Source of the DNA: an uncultured Candidatus Rokubacteria bacterium | Lineage (GTDB): Bacteria > Methylomirabilota > Methylomirabilia > Rokubacteriales > CSP1-6 | NCBI GenBank assembly: GCA_963758635.1 | Contig: CAVWWD010000008.1 | Span: 1,120,001 to 1,184,000 of the forward strand | Direction of reading: 5' to 3' | Length of the DNA stretch: 64,000 nucleotides | Shown: piece by piece, positions 10,049 through 21,912 of the stretch | Numbering within the stretch: position 1 is the first letter of the stretch | How the letters are laid out: every line of letters starts with the position of its first letter | Notes under the pieces: model-generated | Told to the model about the DNA's origin: nothing | What the model saw: only the letters and a program-made list of their open reading frames with translations | The model's database searches: none | Position numbers and translations under genes: made by a program

Positions 10049-11662
10049 ATGAGCTCCAAGGCGCGGCGGATCCTCCGGACGGGCGAGCCCTTCATCTGGC
10101 TCACGGGCGGCGCGCTCACCGTGTCGCTGCTGCTCGTGGCCGGGCTCATCGGGCTCATCCTGGTCAACGGCCTCGGGTTCTTCTGGCCGAGAGCGGTGAC
10201 GCGCCTGACGCTGTCGGACGGGCGCGTGATGACGGGCCAGCTCGTGGACCGGGAGCCGCGGCCCGACCGGCCGGGAGAGCATCGCATCAAGCTCAAGGTG
10301 GCGAACCGCGACCTCTACGGCGCGGACTTCCAGTGGGTGGACGAGCAGCTGATCACGCGCCGCGAGCACCCCGCCGGCGTGGCCGTCGTGGAGCGCACGG
10401 AGTGGGGGCTCCTCATCGGCACCATCAAGGAGGTCCGCGACGGCGACCGCGTGGTGGCGGCGGGCGGCGAGGCGGGCTGGCGGGAGATCGAGCGGCGACT
10501 GCCCGAGGCTCGCCGGCTCCGCGCCGAGATCCGCGGCGTGGAGACCCGCGACATCGGCAACATCAACCACGCGCAGGAGAAGATCCGCCTGCGCCTGAAG
10601 GGCCTCGAGCGACAGGGGGTCACCGCCGGGCCCGAGGTGGACGCGCTCCGGCGCGAGACGGCAAACCTCCAGGCGCGCTACGCCGAGCAGGCGGCCCGGC
10701 TCGCCCGGCTCCGCGAGGGGCAGGGGGGCACCGTGCTCGTCGCGGCCGACGCGGGCAAGGACAAGGCGCTGCCGCTCGCCCAGGTGGTGGACGTGTACTT
10801 CCCGAACCAGATGGGCCTCCTCGCGAAGTCCGCCCATTACGCGCACCGGGTCTGGGAGTTCGTGTCCGCCGAGCCCCGGGAGTCGAACACCGAGGGCGGC
10901 GTGTTCCCCGCCATCTTCGGCACCGTGATGATGGTGGTGATCATGAGCCTCCTGGTCACCCCGCTCGGCGTCCTCGCCGCCTTCTACCTGCGCGAGTACG
11001 CGAAGCAGGGGGCCTTCGTGAGTGCGGTGCGCATCGCGGTCAACAACCTGGCCGGGGTGCCGTCCATCGTGTTCGGGGTGTTCGGCGTGGGATTCTTCAT
11101 CTATCTCGTGGGCGGCTCCATCGACCGCCTGTTCTACGCCGACGCCCTGCCCACGCCGACGTTCGGCACCGGCGGCATTCTCTGGGCCTCGCTGACCCTG
11201 GCGCTGCTCACCGTGCCGGTGGTGATCGTGGCCACCGAGGAAGGGCTGGCCGCCATCCCGCGGGGCGTCCGCGAGGCGTCGCTCGCGCTCTCCGCCACCA
11301 AGCTCGAGACCACGCTCCGCGTGGTCCTGCCCGCCGTCATGCCCTCGATCCTCACCGGCCTCATCCTCGCGATGGCGCGGGCGGCGGGGGAGGTGGCCCC
11401 GCTCATGATCACCGGGGTCGTGAAGCTCGCCCCCGCCCTGCCGGTGGACGGCTTCTGGCCGTTCGTGCACCTGGACCGCAAGTTCATGCACCTGGGCTTC
11501 CACATCTACGACGTGGGCTTCCAGTCCCCGAACGTGGACGCGGCGCGACCCATGGTGTTCGCCACCACGCTGCTGCTCCTCGTCATCGTGGTCTGCCTGA
11601 ACTTTTTCGCCATCGGCATGCGCAACCGGCTGCGCCGGCGGTATGCCACCTCGGCGGTGTGA
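10049..11662 (+). CDS. pstA: Phosphate ABC permease PstA (long form)
   Basis: [31 protein letters not shown]. Confidence 0.9.
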   Translation: MSSKARRILRTGEPFIWLTGGALTVSLLLVAGLIGLILVNGLGFFWPRAVTRLTLSDGRVMTGQLVDREPRPDRPGEHRIKLKVANRDLYGADFQWVDEQLITRREHPAGVAVVERTEWGLLIGTIKEVRDGDRVVAAGGEAGWREIERRLPEARRLRAEIRGVETRDIGNINHAQEKIRLRLKGLERQGVTAGPEVDALRRETANLQARYAEQAARLARLREGQGGTVLVAADAGKDKALPLAQVVDVYFPNQMGLLAKSAHYAHRVWEFVSAEPRESNTEGGVFPAIFGTVMMVVIMSLLVTPLGVLAAFYLREYAKQGAFVSAVRIAVNNLAGVPSIVFGVFGVGFFIYLVGGSIDRLFYADALPTPTFGTGGILWASLTLALLTVPVVIVATEEGLAAIPRGVREASLALSATKLETTLRVVLPAVMPSILTGLILAMARAAGEVAPLMITGVVKLAPALPVDGFWPFVHLDRKFMHLGFHIYDVGFQSPNVDAARPMVFATTLLLLVIVVCLNFFAIGMRNRLRRRYATSAV

Positions 11663-11774
11663 GCGATGGCGCCTTTTTCGGTTTGCGGCGAGACGGCGAT
11701 ACGTAGTGGTCGCGGACGCGCGATGTCACCATCCGTGATGACATCGACAGCTGGGTGAGGGGGAAAACATACAA

Positions 11775-12593
11775 ATGGTCACACGGGTCGGGATCGCCGC
11801 GGACCTCAATCCGCGGGCGGAGGCCGCGGACATCGTGGAGAGCCCCATGGTCGAGATCGAGCGCCTGTCCTTCTTCTACGGGGACAAGCCGGCGCTCCGG
11901 GACGTCTCCATGTCGATCGCCAAGCACCGCGTGACCGCCTACATCGGGCCCTCGGGCTGCGGCAAGTCCACGCTCCTCCGGTGCATCAACCGGATGAACG
12001 ACCTCGTGGACGGCGTGCGCATCACGGGCACCGTCCGCATCGGCGGCACCGACGTCTACGACCGCGCCCAGGACGTCACGGAGCTGCGCAAGCGCGTGGG
12101 CATGGTCTTCCAGAAGTCGAACCCGTTCCCCAAGACCATCTTCGAGAACGTCGCCTACGGCCCGCGCATCCTCGGGGTGCGGGGGCGGAGCGACCTCGAG
12201 GGCATCGTGGAGCGCAGCCTCCGCGCCGCCGCCCTCTGGGACGAGGTGCACGACCGGCTGCACGAGAGCGCGCTCGGCCTGTCCGGCGGCCAGCAGCAGC
12301 GGCTCTGCATCGCCCGCGCCATCGCGGTGGAGCCCGACGTGCTCCTCATGGACGAGCCGTGCTCGGCGCTGGACCCCATCGCCACCGCGCGCATCGAGGA
12401 GCTGATGCTGGAGCTGAAGTCGAGCTACACGATCGTGATCGTGACCCACAACATGCAGCAGGCCGCGCGGGTGTCGGACTACACGGGGTTCATGCTCCTC
12501 GGCGAGCTCGTGGAGGCCGGCGTCACGCGCGAGCTGTTCACGAACCCCCGGGACCGGCGCACCGAGGACTACATCACCGGGCGGTTCGGATGA
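11775..12593 (+). CDS. pstB: Phosphate ABC ATPase PstB
   Basis: [42 protein letters not shown]. Confidence 0.95.
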   Translation: MVTRVGIAADLNPRAEAADIVESPMVEIERLSFFYGDKPALRDVSMSIAKHRVTAYIGPSGCGKSTLLRCINRMNDLVDGVRITGTVRIGGTDVYDRAQDVTELRKRVGMVFQKSNPFPKTIFENVAYGPRILGVRGRSDLEGIVERSLRAAALWDEVHDRLHESALGLSGGQQQRLCIARAIAVEPDVLLMDEPCSALDPIATARIEELMLELKSSYTIVIVTHNMQQAARVSDYTGFMLLGELVEAGVTRELFTNPRDRRTEDYITGRFG

Positions 12594-12685
12594 CCAGCCT
12601 CAGCGCACAAGGCGAATGCCGAGCGGTAGGACTGTAGGGTCCCGTGACCGCGACCGCCTGGTGACGCGACTGACGAGGAGACGAG

Positions 12686-13342
12686 ATGACACGGCACTTC
12701 CACGAGGAGCTCGACAGCCTGAAGCAGACGCTGCTCGCCATGGGCGGGCTCGTCGAGGACCAGATCCGCCGCGTGATGCGGGCGCTGCTCGAGCGCGACG
12801 ACGCGCTGGCCCGCGACGTCATCGAGCGCGACCACCAGGTGAACGTCTACGACGTGGAGGTGGACGAGAAGTGCGTGGAGCTGCTCGCGCTCTACCAGCC
12901 CGCGGCGGGCGACCTGCGCTTCATCACCACCGCGATGAAGATCGTCACCGACCTCGAGCGCATCGGCGACCAGGCGGTGAACATCGCCCAGCGGGCGCTC
13001 GAGCTGCACCAGGAGCCCCAGCTCAAGCCCTACGTGGACATGCCGCGCATGGCTGAGCGCGCCCAGCGCATGGTGAAGGAGAGCCTGGACGCCTTCGTGG
13101 CCCGCGACACCGCGCTCGCCCGCCAGGTGTGCGGCGAGGACGCGGAGGTGGACGCGCTGAAGGAGCAGATCTTCCGGGAGCTCCTCACGTTCATGATGGC
13201 CGACCCGCGCACGATCCCCCGCGCCATGCGGCTGATCCTCATCTCGCGCTTCCTCGAGCGGGTGGCCGACCACGCCACCAACATCGCCGAGATGGTGATC
13301 TACCTCGTCGACGGCAAGATGGTCCGCCACACCCTTGCATGA
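12686..13342 (+). CDS. phoU: Phosphate signalling protein PhoU
   Basis: QPAAGDLR, DLERIGD, ERVADHATNIAE. Confidence 0.95.
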   Translation: MTRHFHEELDSLKQTLLAMGGLVEDQIRRVMRALLERDDALARDVIERDHQVNVYDVEVDEKCVELLALYQPAAGDLRFITTAMKIVTDLERIGDQAVNIAQRALELHQEPQLKPYVDMPRMAERAQRMVKESLDAFVARDTALARQVCGEDAEVDALKEQIFRELLTFMMADPRTIPRAMRLILISRFLERVADHATNIAEMVIYLVDGKMVRHTLA

Positions 13343-13394
13343 CATGAGCGGGTCGCACGTGCGGTGGGAGAGCTCGGCCGACCGTGGTAGCCGC

Positions 13395-14442
13395 ATGTAC
13401 ACTCAGGGCGTGAGTCCGGACCGCCGCTACCAGCTCCAGTCGGAGGAGGCGAACCGGCGGCTGGACGCGCTCCTCGAGGCTCTCCGGGTTCCCGAGGCGT
13501 CGTGGCGGCTCTATTCGGAGCTGCTCACCACCGTCCTCAAGATGTACGAGGACGGCGCCCACGTCGCCGACCTCAAGATCGCCAACACCGCGCTCAAGGA
13601 GCTCCGCTACCCCTTCAAGGTCTTCGCGCCGTACCGGGACGTCCCGAAGGTCACGGTGTTCGGGTCGGCGCGCACCGCGCCCGACGCGCCGGTGTCGGTG
13701 CAGGCCCAGAAGTTCGGCAAGCGGATGACCTCGTCGGGCTGGATGGTCATCACCGGGGCGGGCAGCGGGGTGATGGGCGCGGCCCAGGAAGGGGCGGGGC
13801 GGGAGCGCTCGTTCGGGCTGAACATCCGGCTGCCGTTCGAGCAGGGAGCCAACCCGTGGATCGCCGACGACCCCAAGCTGATCAGCTTCAAGTACTTCTT
13901 CACCCGGAAGCTCTTCCTCGTGCGCGAGGCCGCGGCGATGGCGTTCTTCCCCGGCGGCTTCGGCACCGTTGACGAGATGTTCGAGGCCGTCACGCTCGTC
14001 CAGACGGGCAAGGCGGCGCCGGTGCCGCTGATCCTGGTGGACGCGCCGGGCGGGACGTACTGGCAGCGTTTCATCGACCTGATGCGCGAGCAGATGGCCG
14101 CCACCGGCATGATCCTGCCCGAGGACCTGACGCTCTTCCGCCTGACCGACGACGTGGAAGAGGCGGCGGCACAGATCGAGCGCTTCTACACGGTGTTCCA
14201 CTCCGCGCGGTACGTCGGGGAGCGGCTGGTGCTGCGGATCCGGCGGGCGCTCGGCGACGAGCGCCTGACCGCGATGGTGAACGCCTTCGACGACATCCTG
14301 CAGGGGCGCCCCGAGCAGCTCCCCGGGCCCGCTCAAGGCGGAAGGGGATCAGGTGCCCGGGCTGCCGCGCCTCGTGCTGCCGTTCTCGCGGCGGAACTTC
14401 GCCCGCCTCCGCCAGCTCATCGACTTCATCAACGAGAGCTGA
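13395..14442 (+). CDS. LOG-family nucleotide phosphoribohydrolase (frameshift near 14335)
   Basis: VFGSAR, ITGAGSGVMGA, FKYFFTRK, PGGFGTVDE. Confidence 0.8.
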
Positions 14443-14538
14443 TCCGCGGCGCGGACCGCGGACCATTCGTGAACGGGCTCACCGGACGCACACGCTGTTC
14501 CAGGTCCGCTCCCGTTCGCGGATGATGCGGGCCGGCCC

Positions 14539-14730
14539 TCAGGCGTCGGGCTCCTCGCGCACTTCGGTCTGCTGGCACGCCGTGCACACCCACGTCCGGC
14601 GGAGCGCGGTCCGTCCGGGATTGCGCGTGAGCGTCCAGGGGATCATGCGGTTCGCCCCGCACGCGGGGCAGATCTCGGTCTTCTGCCCGGGCTGCACCTC
14701 CGCGGGAAGCCACGGAATCTTGGGTTTCAT
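14539..14730 (-). CDS. Small zinc-ribbon protein
   Basis: 63 aa with CPAC...CTAC; TATAAT 7 nt upstream of ATG. Confidence 0.65.
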   Translation of the reverse strand: MKPKIPWLPAEVQPGQKTEICPACGANRMIPWTLTRNPGRTALRRTWVCTACQQTEVREEPDA

Positions 14731-14756
14731 GGCGGGGATTATACGGCACCGACGCT

Positions 14757-15662
14757 ATGATCGGGCGCGTGACGCGGCCCGAAGCCGTCCTCCTCGCCGC
14801 CAACTGCATGTACGCGACGTCCTACGCCGCGACGCGCCTCACGCTCGACGAGGTCGGCCCGGCGACGCTCGCGTGGCTGCGTCTGGCCATCGGCGCGCTC
14901 GTGCTGCTGCCCCTGGCCCGCGCGCATCCGGAGGGTCCGACCCCGGCGCCCATGTCCACAGGCGATCGCTGGCGGGTCGCCTGGATGGGCATCCTCGGGT
15001 TCGCGGGCGCCGTCGGACTCTCGCACTGGGGCATCGCGCGGTCGACGGCCACGAACGCCGCGCTCCTGATCACCGTGGAGCCGATCGCGCTGATCGTGCT
15101 GTCGCCCGTCCTGCTCGGAGAGCGCCTGCGCCGCCGCGAGCAGATCGGGGCCGCCGCCGCCCTGGCCGGCGCGGGCCTGGTCGTGGTCAACGGCGTGCCC
15201 GGCGTGACCCACGCGTTCGCGCCGCACTGGCGGGGCGACCTCCTGCTGGTGCTCGCCGGGCTCGCGTACGCGTCGTACTCCCTCCTCGGCCGCGGGGTGC
15301 TGATGCGCCACTCCCCGACGGCGGTCACCGCGTGGTCGATCCTGGCCGGGGCCATCGCGATGCTGCCTCCGGCCGCCCTCGAGTGGGCGCACGCCGGGTC
15401 GCCCCGCGTCACCGCCTCGGCGGTGATCGGCACGCTCTACCTGGCCCTCGTCGTCACCGCGCTCGGCTACCTGGCGTGGAACTACGCGCTCCAGCGGGTG
15501 TCGGCGCCGCGGGCCGCGATCTTCCTGAACGTCCAGCCGCTGGTCGGCGCCCTCCTGGGCGTCCTCTGGCTGGGCGAGGAGGTCACCCGGTTCACGGTGG
15601 CGGGCGGGGCGCTGATCCTCGTCGGTCTGTGGCTGACCGTGAACCCGAGGGGCACGCGGTAG
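14757..15662 (+). CDS. DMT/EamA family transporter
   Basis: About ten hydrophobic segments in two EamA-like halves (LLGER, WLGEE). Confidence 0.85.
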   Translation: MIGRVTRPEAVLLAANCMYATSYAATRLTLDEVGPATLAWLRLAIGALVLLPLARAHPEGPTPAPMSTGDRWRVAWMGILGFAGAVGLSHWGIARSTATNAALLITVEPIALIVLSPVLLGERLRRREQIGAAAALAGAGLVVVNGVPGVTHAFAPHWRGDLLLVLAGLAYASYSLLGRGVLMRHSPTAVTAWSILAGAIAMLPPAALEWAHAGSPRVTASAVIGTLYLALVVTALGYLAWNYALQRVSAPRAAIFLNVQPLVGALLGVLWLGEEVTRFTVAGGALILVGLWLTVNPRGTR

Positions 15663-15672
15663 AATACCCGCC

Positions 15673-17395
15673 ATGAGACGCGTGCGGATCGGCCTCGCGC
15701 AGGTGAATCCCACGGTGGGGGCGTTGGAGGCCAACGCGCGCCTCGTGATCGACACCGTGGGGCGGGCGCGCGCGCTGGGCTGCGACCTCGTGGCCTTCCC
15801 GGAGCTGGTCCTCACGGGGTACCCGCCCGAGGACCTCCTGTTCCGCCCCGCCTTCATCGAGGCCAACCTGCGCGCCCTCGCCGACGTGACCCGCGCCACG
15901 TCCGGCCTCACGTGCGTGGTGGGGTTCGTGGACAAGGGCGACGACATCTGGAACGCCGCCGCCGTGCTCCACGACGGCGTCCACGCCGGGACGTACCACA
16001 AGCACTACCTGCCGAACTACGGCGTCTTCGACGAGAACCGCTACTTCCAGGCCGGGACGGAGTCACCGGTGTTCGCGCTCGGGGAGCTCCCTCTTCGCGG
16101 TGAACATCTGCGAGGACATCTGGTATCCCGCCGGCCCGACGACGCGGCAGGCCCTGGCCGGCGCCGAGCTGATCGTGACCATCAACGCCTCGCCGTACCA
16201 CGCCGGCAAGGCGCGCTTCCGCGAGAAGATGCTCGCCACGCGCGCCGCCGACGACCTGGTCTGCCTGGCCTTCGTCAACCTGGTCGGCGGGCAGGACGAG
16301 CTGGTCTTCGACGGGCAGTCCTTCGTGTTCAACGAGAAGGGCGAGCGCCTGGCCCGCGGCCGGACATTCGAGGAAGACCTGGTCGTGGCCGACGTGGACC
16401 TCGACGACGTCTTCCGCGCGCGCTTGCACGACTCCCGGCGCCGCAAGGAGAAGCTGGCCACTTCGGACTCGGTCCCTCGCGTGACCCTCCCCGTGCGGTC
16501 CCCGGCGCCCCGGCCGCCCGCGCCGTTACGGGAAGAGCCGGAGGTGGGACGGATCGAGGAGATCTACCGGGCGCTCGTGGTCGGGGTGGGGGACTACGTC
16601 AGGAAGAGCGGGTTCCGCCACGTGGCCATCGGGCTGTCCGGTGGCATCGATTCCGCCCTGGTGGCCGCCATCGCCGCGGACGCCCTGGGCCCGTCCGGCG
16701 TGACCGGCGTGACGATGCCGTCGCCCTACTCATCCGCGGGCACGCGACGCGACGCGGCCCGGCTGGCCCGGGCGCTCGGCATCGACCTCCAGCGCCTGCC
16801 CATCACCGGCGTGTTCGGCGCGTACCGGCGGGCGCTGGCCGCCCCCTTCAAGGGACTCAAGGAGGACGTCACCGAGGAGAACCTACAGGCCCGGATTCGT
16901 GGAAATTACCTGATGGCGCTGTCGAACAAGTTCGGCTGGCTGGTGCTCACCACGGGCAACAAGAGCGAGATCGCGGTGGGCTACTCCACGCTGTACGGCG
17001 ACATGGCCGGCGGGTTCGCCGTGATCAAGGACGTCCCGAAGACCCTCGTCTACCTGCTGGCCGCCCACGCCAACGCCCGCGCGGGCCGTGAGGTGATCCC
17101 GCGGTCCATCTTCGAGCGGGCGCCGTCGGCGGAGCTGCGGCCCGGCCAGACCGACCAGGACACGCTGCCGCCGTACCCCGTGCTCGACGCCATTCTCGAG
17201 GGCTACGTGGAGGCGGACCTCGGGGTCGCGGACATCGTGGCCCGCGGCTTCGACGAGGCCACGGTGCGGCGGGTGATCGCCATGGTCGACCGGAACGAGT
17301 ACAAGCGCCGCCAGGGCCCGATCGGGATCAAGATCACCCCGCGCGCGTTCGGCCGGGACTGGCGCCTGCCCATCGTCAGCCGGTTCCGGGAGTGA
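15673..17395 (+). CDS. nadE: Glutamine-dependent NAD+ synthetase (frameshift near 16090)
   Basis: Nitrilase domain FPELVLTGYPPEDL, LPNYGVFDE, ICED; synthetase LSGGIDS, ENLQARIRG, TGNKSE. Confidence 0.92.
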
Positions 17396-17817
17396 CGCGC
17401 CGACGCATGTCGCGCCTGGGCCGGAGCGCCCTGGCGACGGCCCTCGTCCTCTGCGCGGGGCTCGCCGGGGGCTGCACGGGGGGCACGGGCATCACGATCT
17501 CGAGCAGTGGCGTGTCGGGCCTCCCGGGCACGTCGAAGGCGGTGCGGGTGGAGTCGGGCGTGGAGCCGGGCCCGCAGGCCGGGCGCCGGATGATCACCGG
17601 CTACGTCTACAACGACTACGGCCGCGCGGTGGGCAACGTCCGTCTGGTCGTCGAGCCGCTCGACGCCGGGGGCCAGCCCACCGACCGCCGAATCTTCTAC
17701 GTGAACGGAATGGTGCCCGCGTTCGGGCGGGCCTACTTCTCGTTCACCGCCCCCGGGGACGCGCCGGGCTATCGGGTGGGCCTGCACTCCTTCGAGATGG
17801 AGCCCGGCGGCGCCTGA
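17392..17817 (+). CDS. Putative lipoprotein (FxLYD-like Ig domain)
   Basis: Signal peptide ending LAGGC; ITGYVYNDYGRAVGNVRL. Confidence 0.55.
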   Translation: MTRRRMSRLGRSALATALVLCAGLAGGCTGGTGITISSSGVSGLPGTSKAVRVESGVEPGPQAGRRMITGYVYNDYGRAVGNVRLVVEPLDAGGQPTDRRIFYVNGMVPAFGRAYFSFTAPGDAPGYRVGLHSFEMEPGGA

Positions 17818-17824
17818 GCCGCGG

Positions 17825-19615
17825 TCACGGCTCGCGCGGCACCGGCGCGTCCAGCATCTGGAGCGCGGCGAGCCGGCGGTAGATGCCGTCCTCCCGGGCC
17901 ATCAGCTCGTCGTGGCTGCCCACCTCCGCGATGCGCCCGCCGTGCACGACCACCACGCGATCCGCGTTCCGCACGGTGGCCAGGCGGTGGGCGATGACGA
18001 GCACCGTCCGGCCCTTCATCAGCTCGGACAGCGCCTGCTGCACCAGGAACTCGCTCTCCGCGTCCAGGTCCGAGGTGGCCTCGTCGAGGATCAGGATGGG
18101 CGGGTCCTTCAGGAACGCGCGCGCGATGGCCACGCGCTGGCGCTGCCCGCCGGAGAGCTTCACCCCGCGCTCGCCGACCACGGTGGCGTAGCCGGCGGGG
18201 AGCACGGCCACGAAGTCGTGGACCTGGGCCAGGCGGGCCGCGCGCTCGATGTCCTCCCGGGTGGCGCCGGCCCGCCCGTAGGCGATGTTGTACTCGAGCG
18301 AGTCGTGGAAGAGGAACGTCTCCTGGGTCACGATCCCCATGAGCGAGCGGAGCGAGCCCACCGTGACCCGGCGCACGTCGTGGCCGTCGATCGTGATGGC
18401 GCCGGCGGACACGTCGTGGAAGCGGGGCAGGAGGTCCATGAGCGTCGTCTTGCCCGCCCCCGACATGCCCACGAAGGCCACGGTCTCCCCCTTGCGCACG
18501 ACGAGCGAGATGTCGGACAGCGCGTCGCCCTCGGCGTCCGGGTAGCGGAACGACACGCGCTGGAGCTCGATGCCGTCGTGGAAGCCGGGCAGCACGTGGG
18601 CGCCCGGCGCGTCGGCGATGGCGTGCGCGGTGTCGAGGATCTCGAACACCCGCTCCACCGAGGCCAGCGACTGCTGCACGGTGTTGGCCATCCGCGAGAG
18701 CTGGCGCACCGGGCCGTAGAGCAGGATCACCGCGGTGGTGAACGAGAAGAACTCGCCGGGCGTCAGCGCGCCGGAGATCACCTGGTAGCCGCCGTACCAG
18801 AGCGCGCCCATGATGCCGATCGCGCCCATCACCTCCATCAACGGCTCGGAGAGCTGGTCGGTGCGGTGGTCCTTGAGGGCCAGGCCGAGCAGCGTGTCGT
18901 TGACCTGGTCGAAGCGCTCCTGCTCGAGGCCCTCGCGGCCGAAGGCCTTCACGATCTTCGTGCCCGTGAAGGACTCCTGGAGGACGATGTTCAGCTCGGC
19001 CACCTTCTGCTGCGAGCGCCGGTTGATCTTGTAGAGCTTCCGCCCGATGGCGCGCACGGTCACGGCCGCCGCCGGGAACACCGCCACCGCGATGAGGGCG
19101 AGCACCCACTCGCGCGCGAACATCACCACGAGGAGCGCCACGATCGTGCCCACCTGCCGGACCGCCATGACGAGCACGGTGGAGGACAGCCGCGCGAGGC
19201 GGTTCACGTCGGTGACCACGCGCGCCATCAGCTCGGCGGAGTGCACCGACTTGAAGAAGGCCAGCGGCATGCCCTGGATGTGCGCGTACAGCTCGCGGCG
19301 GATCCGCGCGATCACCCGTTCGCCCACCGAGGCCATCAGGTACGACTGCCCGAAGCGGCCGGCGCCCTTCAGGAGGTACACGCCGAGGAGGGCCAGGGGG
19401 ATCAGCTTCAGCATCAGGAGGTCGCGCTTGACGAAGATCTCGTCCATCGCCGGCTTGACCAGCCACGCGATGAGCCCGTCGGACGCCGACACGACCAGCG
19501 CCAGCGCGGTGCCGACCCCGAGGATCGACCAGTACGGCCGCAGGTAGGGGACGAGGCGCAGCAGCAGCCGGTAGTTCGGGGTCCCGCGCTCCTCCCGCCG
19601 CTCCCTCCGGCTCAC
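17825..19615 (-). CDS. MsbA-like ABC exporter (permease + ATPase)
   Basis: TMD followed by GMSGAGKTT, LSGGQRQR, DEATS; GTG start overlaps the upstream TGA. Confidence 0.85.
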   Translation of the reverse strand: MSRRERREERGTPNYRLLLRLVPYLRPYWSILGVGTALALVVSASDGLIAWLVKPAMDEIFVKRDLLMLKLIPLALLGVYLLKGAGRFGQSYLMASVGERVIARIRRELYAHIQGMPLAFFKSVHSAELMARVVTDVNRLARLSSTVLVMAVRQVGTIVALLVVMFAREWVLALIAVAVFPAAAVTVRAIGRKLYKINRRSQQKVAELNIVLQESFTGTKIVKAFGREGLEQERFDQVNDTLLGLALKDHRTDQLSEPLMEVMGAIGIMGALWYGGYQVISGALTPGEFFSFTTAVILLYGPVRQLSRMANTVQQSLASVERVFEILDTAHAIADAPGAHVLPGFHDGIELQRVSFRYPDAEGDALSDISLVVRKGETVAFVGMSGAGKTTLMDLLPRFHDVSAGAITIDGHDVRRVTVGSLRSLMGIVTQETFLFHDSLEYNIAYGRAGATREDIERAARLAQVHDFVAVLPAGYATVVGERGVKLSGGQRQRVAIARAFLKDPPILILDEATSDLDAESEFLVQQALSELMKGRTVLVIAHRLATVRNADRVVVVHGGRIAEVGSHDELMAREDGIYRRLAALQMLDAPVPREP

Positions 19616-20710
19616 GCGCGCTCCAGCAGGCGGCGGTAGAGCGCCTCCGTCCGGTCCAGCTTGGCCTCGAGCGAGAAGCTCGACTCCACCCGCTTGCGGC
19701 CCGCCCGGGCCATCGCCTGCGCGCGCGCCGGGTTCTCGAGCACCCGGAGGATGGCCTGGGCCATCGCCTCGGGGTTCCTGGGCGGCACGAGGAGCCCGGT
19801 CTCGCCGTCGGCGATCAGCTCCGGCATGCCCTCGAGATCCGTGGCGATCACCGGCGTCTCCACGGCGAGGGCCTCGCGCACCGACCCCGTGAGGCCCAGG
19901 CCGGCATACGAGGCGTCGACCACGAGGTCGCTCCCGGCCAGGATCTCCGGCACGTCCTCTCGATGGCCCCACACGAAGACGCGCCCCGCGAGGCCGCGCG
20001 CGCTCGGCCTTGTCGTGGAGGATCGGGATGCGGGGCGGGGGAGCGCCCACGAAGAGGAGCCGCGCGTGGGCCGCCTCGCGGCACACCCGCGCCATGGCGT
20101 CCAGCACGTCGTCGTTCCCGCGCCAGGATCGGATCCCGACCTGGGTCACGAGCGCGTGGCCCGGCTGAAGGCCGAGCGCGCGCCGCACGGGGCCCCCATC
20201 CACCTGCGGGTTGAACCGGCGCACGTCGGTGCCCGAGTAGACGACCTCGATCTTGCCGGCGGGCACGCCGGCGGCCACGAGCCCGCGCTTGATCGACTCG
20301 CACACCGCCACGATCGCGGTCACGCGCGACGTGGTGTAGCCGAGGCGATTCCAGCGGTCGAGGGGAAAGCTGACCCCGCGGTTCAGGATCAGGACGGGGA
20401 CCCGCGTGAGGAGGCCGGCGAGGAGCGCCTGCGTCCGCGCGCGTCCCTTGTGGCAATGGACCACCTCGACCCGCTCGCGCCGGAGGAGCCGAGCGAGCGC
20501 CCATGCGCTCGCGAGATCCACCGAGCTCGACATGGGAAGCGGCGCGTGGGGGATGCCGGCGGCCGCGCACTTGTCGGCCCAGATCGCGCTGGGCCGCGTC
20601 GCCACCACCACGTGATGACCGCGCGCGTGGAGCCCCCACGCCAGCTCCCTCAGCTGGATGGCCGCGCCGGTGAAGTAGTCCGCCTTGGGATAGAGCTGCA
20701 GGACCCGCAT
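19612..20710 (-). CDS. Glycosyltransferase family 4 (frameshift near 19990)
   Basis: MRVLQL..., VHCH, VREALAVETPVIATDLEGMPELIADGETGLLVPP. Confidence 0.8.
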
Positions 20711-20723
20711 GCTCAACCGTTCA

Positions 20724-20823
20724 GAGGTTGTGAGAGGAATGCGAATTTCGACCTCGCCGTGCGGGCCGACACCGCGATTCTGCGTACACACGCGGGGCCG
20801 CCTCGCCATTCATCCTCAACCGC
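20724..20823 (-). mobile_element. ~100-bp MITE-like repeat, copy 2, with TCA/TGA target-site duplication
   Basis: tca[GAGGTTGTGAGAGGAATG...CATTCATCCTCAACCGC]tca. Confidence 0.75.
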
Positions 20824-21912
20824 TCAGCGGCTGTGGAAACCCCGGACCGCGGCGATCACCTCGTCCACCTCGGCCTCGGTGTGGCCGGCGGACAGGGGAA
20901 GCGTCAGGATCTCGCCCACGAGCCCTCGGTGCGCGGCAGCGCGGGCGACGCGAGCGAGCTCGACCACGGCGGGCTGCCGGTGGCACGGCACCGGGTAGTG
21001 GACGCCGGTGGCGATGCCGCGCTCGCCGAGGTGCCGCGCCAGCTCGTCGCGCCGGGCCGTGCGCACGACGAACAGGTGGTACACGTGCCGGGCGCCCGCG
21101 GCCTCGCCGGGCAGCGCCAGGGGCAGGCCCGGCGAGGCCCGCGACGTACCGGGCGGCCAGCGCGCGCCGCCGGTCGTTCATCTCGTCGAGGCGGCGGAGG
21201 AGCACACGGCCGACCGCGGCCTGGATCTCGTTGAAGCGCAGGTTGAAGCCCAGCTCGGCGTGGACGTCCTTGTTCAGGCGGCCGTGATCGCGGAGGCGGC
21301 GGCAGTGCGCGGCGAGGTCGCCGTCGTCGGTCACGAGCAATGCCGCCGTCGCCCATCACGGTGAGGTTCTTCGACGGGTAGAAGGAGAAGCAGCCGGCGC
21401 GGCCGAAGGCGCCGACGCGCCGCCCCTGCCAGGCCGCGCCGTGGGCCTGCGCGCAGTCCTCGAGGAGCCACAGGCCCCGCTCGGCGCAGAGGGCCTGGAG
21501 GGCGGGCAGGTCCGCGGGGTGCCCGTAGAGGTGCACGGGGAGCACGCCCACCGTGCGCTCGGTGAGCCGCCGCGGCCGCGTCGGCCACGTCCAGCGTGAA
21601 GCCGTCGTCGACGTCCACGAAGACGGGCGTGGCGCCCGAGAACAGGACGGCCTCCGCCGTCGGGAAGGCGGTGTGCGACGGCACGAGGACCTCGTCGCCC
21701 GGCTTCACCCCGAGCGCGCGCAGCGTCATCCAGAGGGCGGCGGTCGCGCTGCTCGTGAGCACGGCGTGCCGCACGCCCACGTAGCGCGCGAACTCCTCCT
21801 CGAAGGCGCGGCACTCGGGACCCAGGATGTACTGCCGGGAGTCCATGGCGGCGAGCACCGCCTGCTTGATCTCGTCGTCGACGGGCGGGCGGGACAGCGG
21901 GATCCGGATCAG
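20824..21912 (-). CDS. DegT/DnrJ/EryC1/StrS aminotransferase (several frameshifts; start uncertain)
   Basis: YILGPECRAFEEEFA, PVHLYG, EDCAQAHGA, FSFYPSKNL, GFNLRFNEIQAA, VHYPVPCH. Confidence 0.8.

Noticed and set aside
11685..11720. Possible fifth MITE-like copy (GGCGAGACGGC match)
   Set aside because: Only about 11 nt match, with no terminal repeats
17825..20809. Glycosyltransferase-ABC transporter fusion (994 aa)
   Set aside because: Artefact of a frameshift in GT4; the GT4 C-terminus lies in another frame and ends at a GTGA overlap
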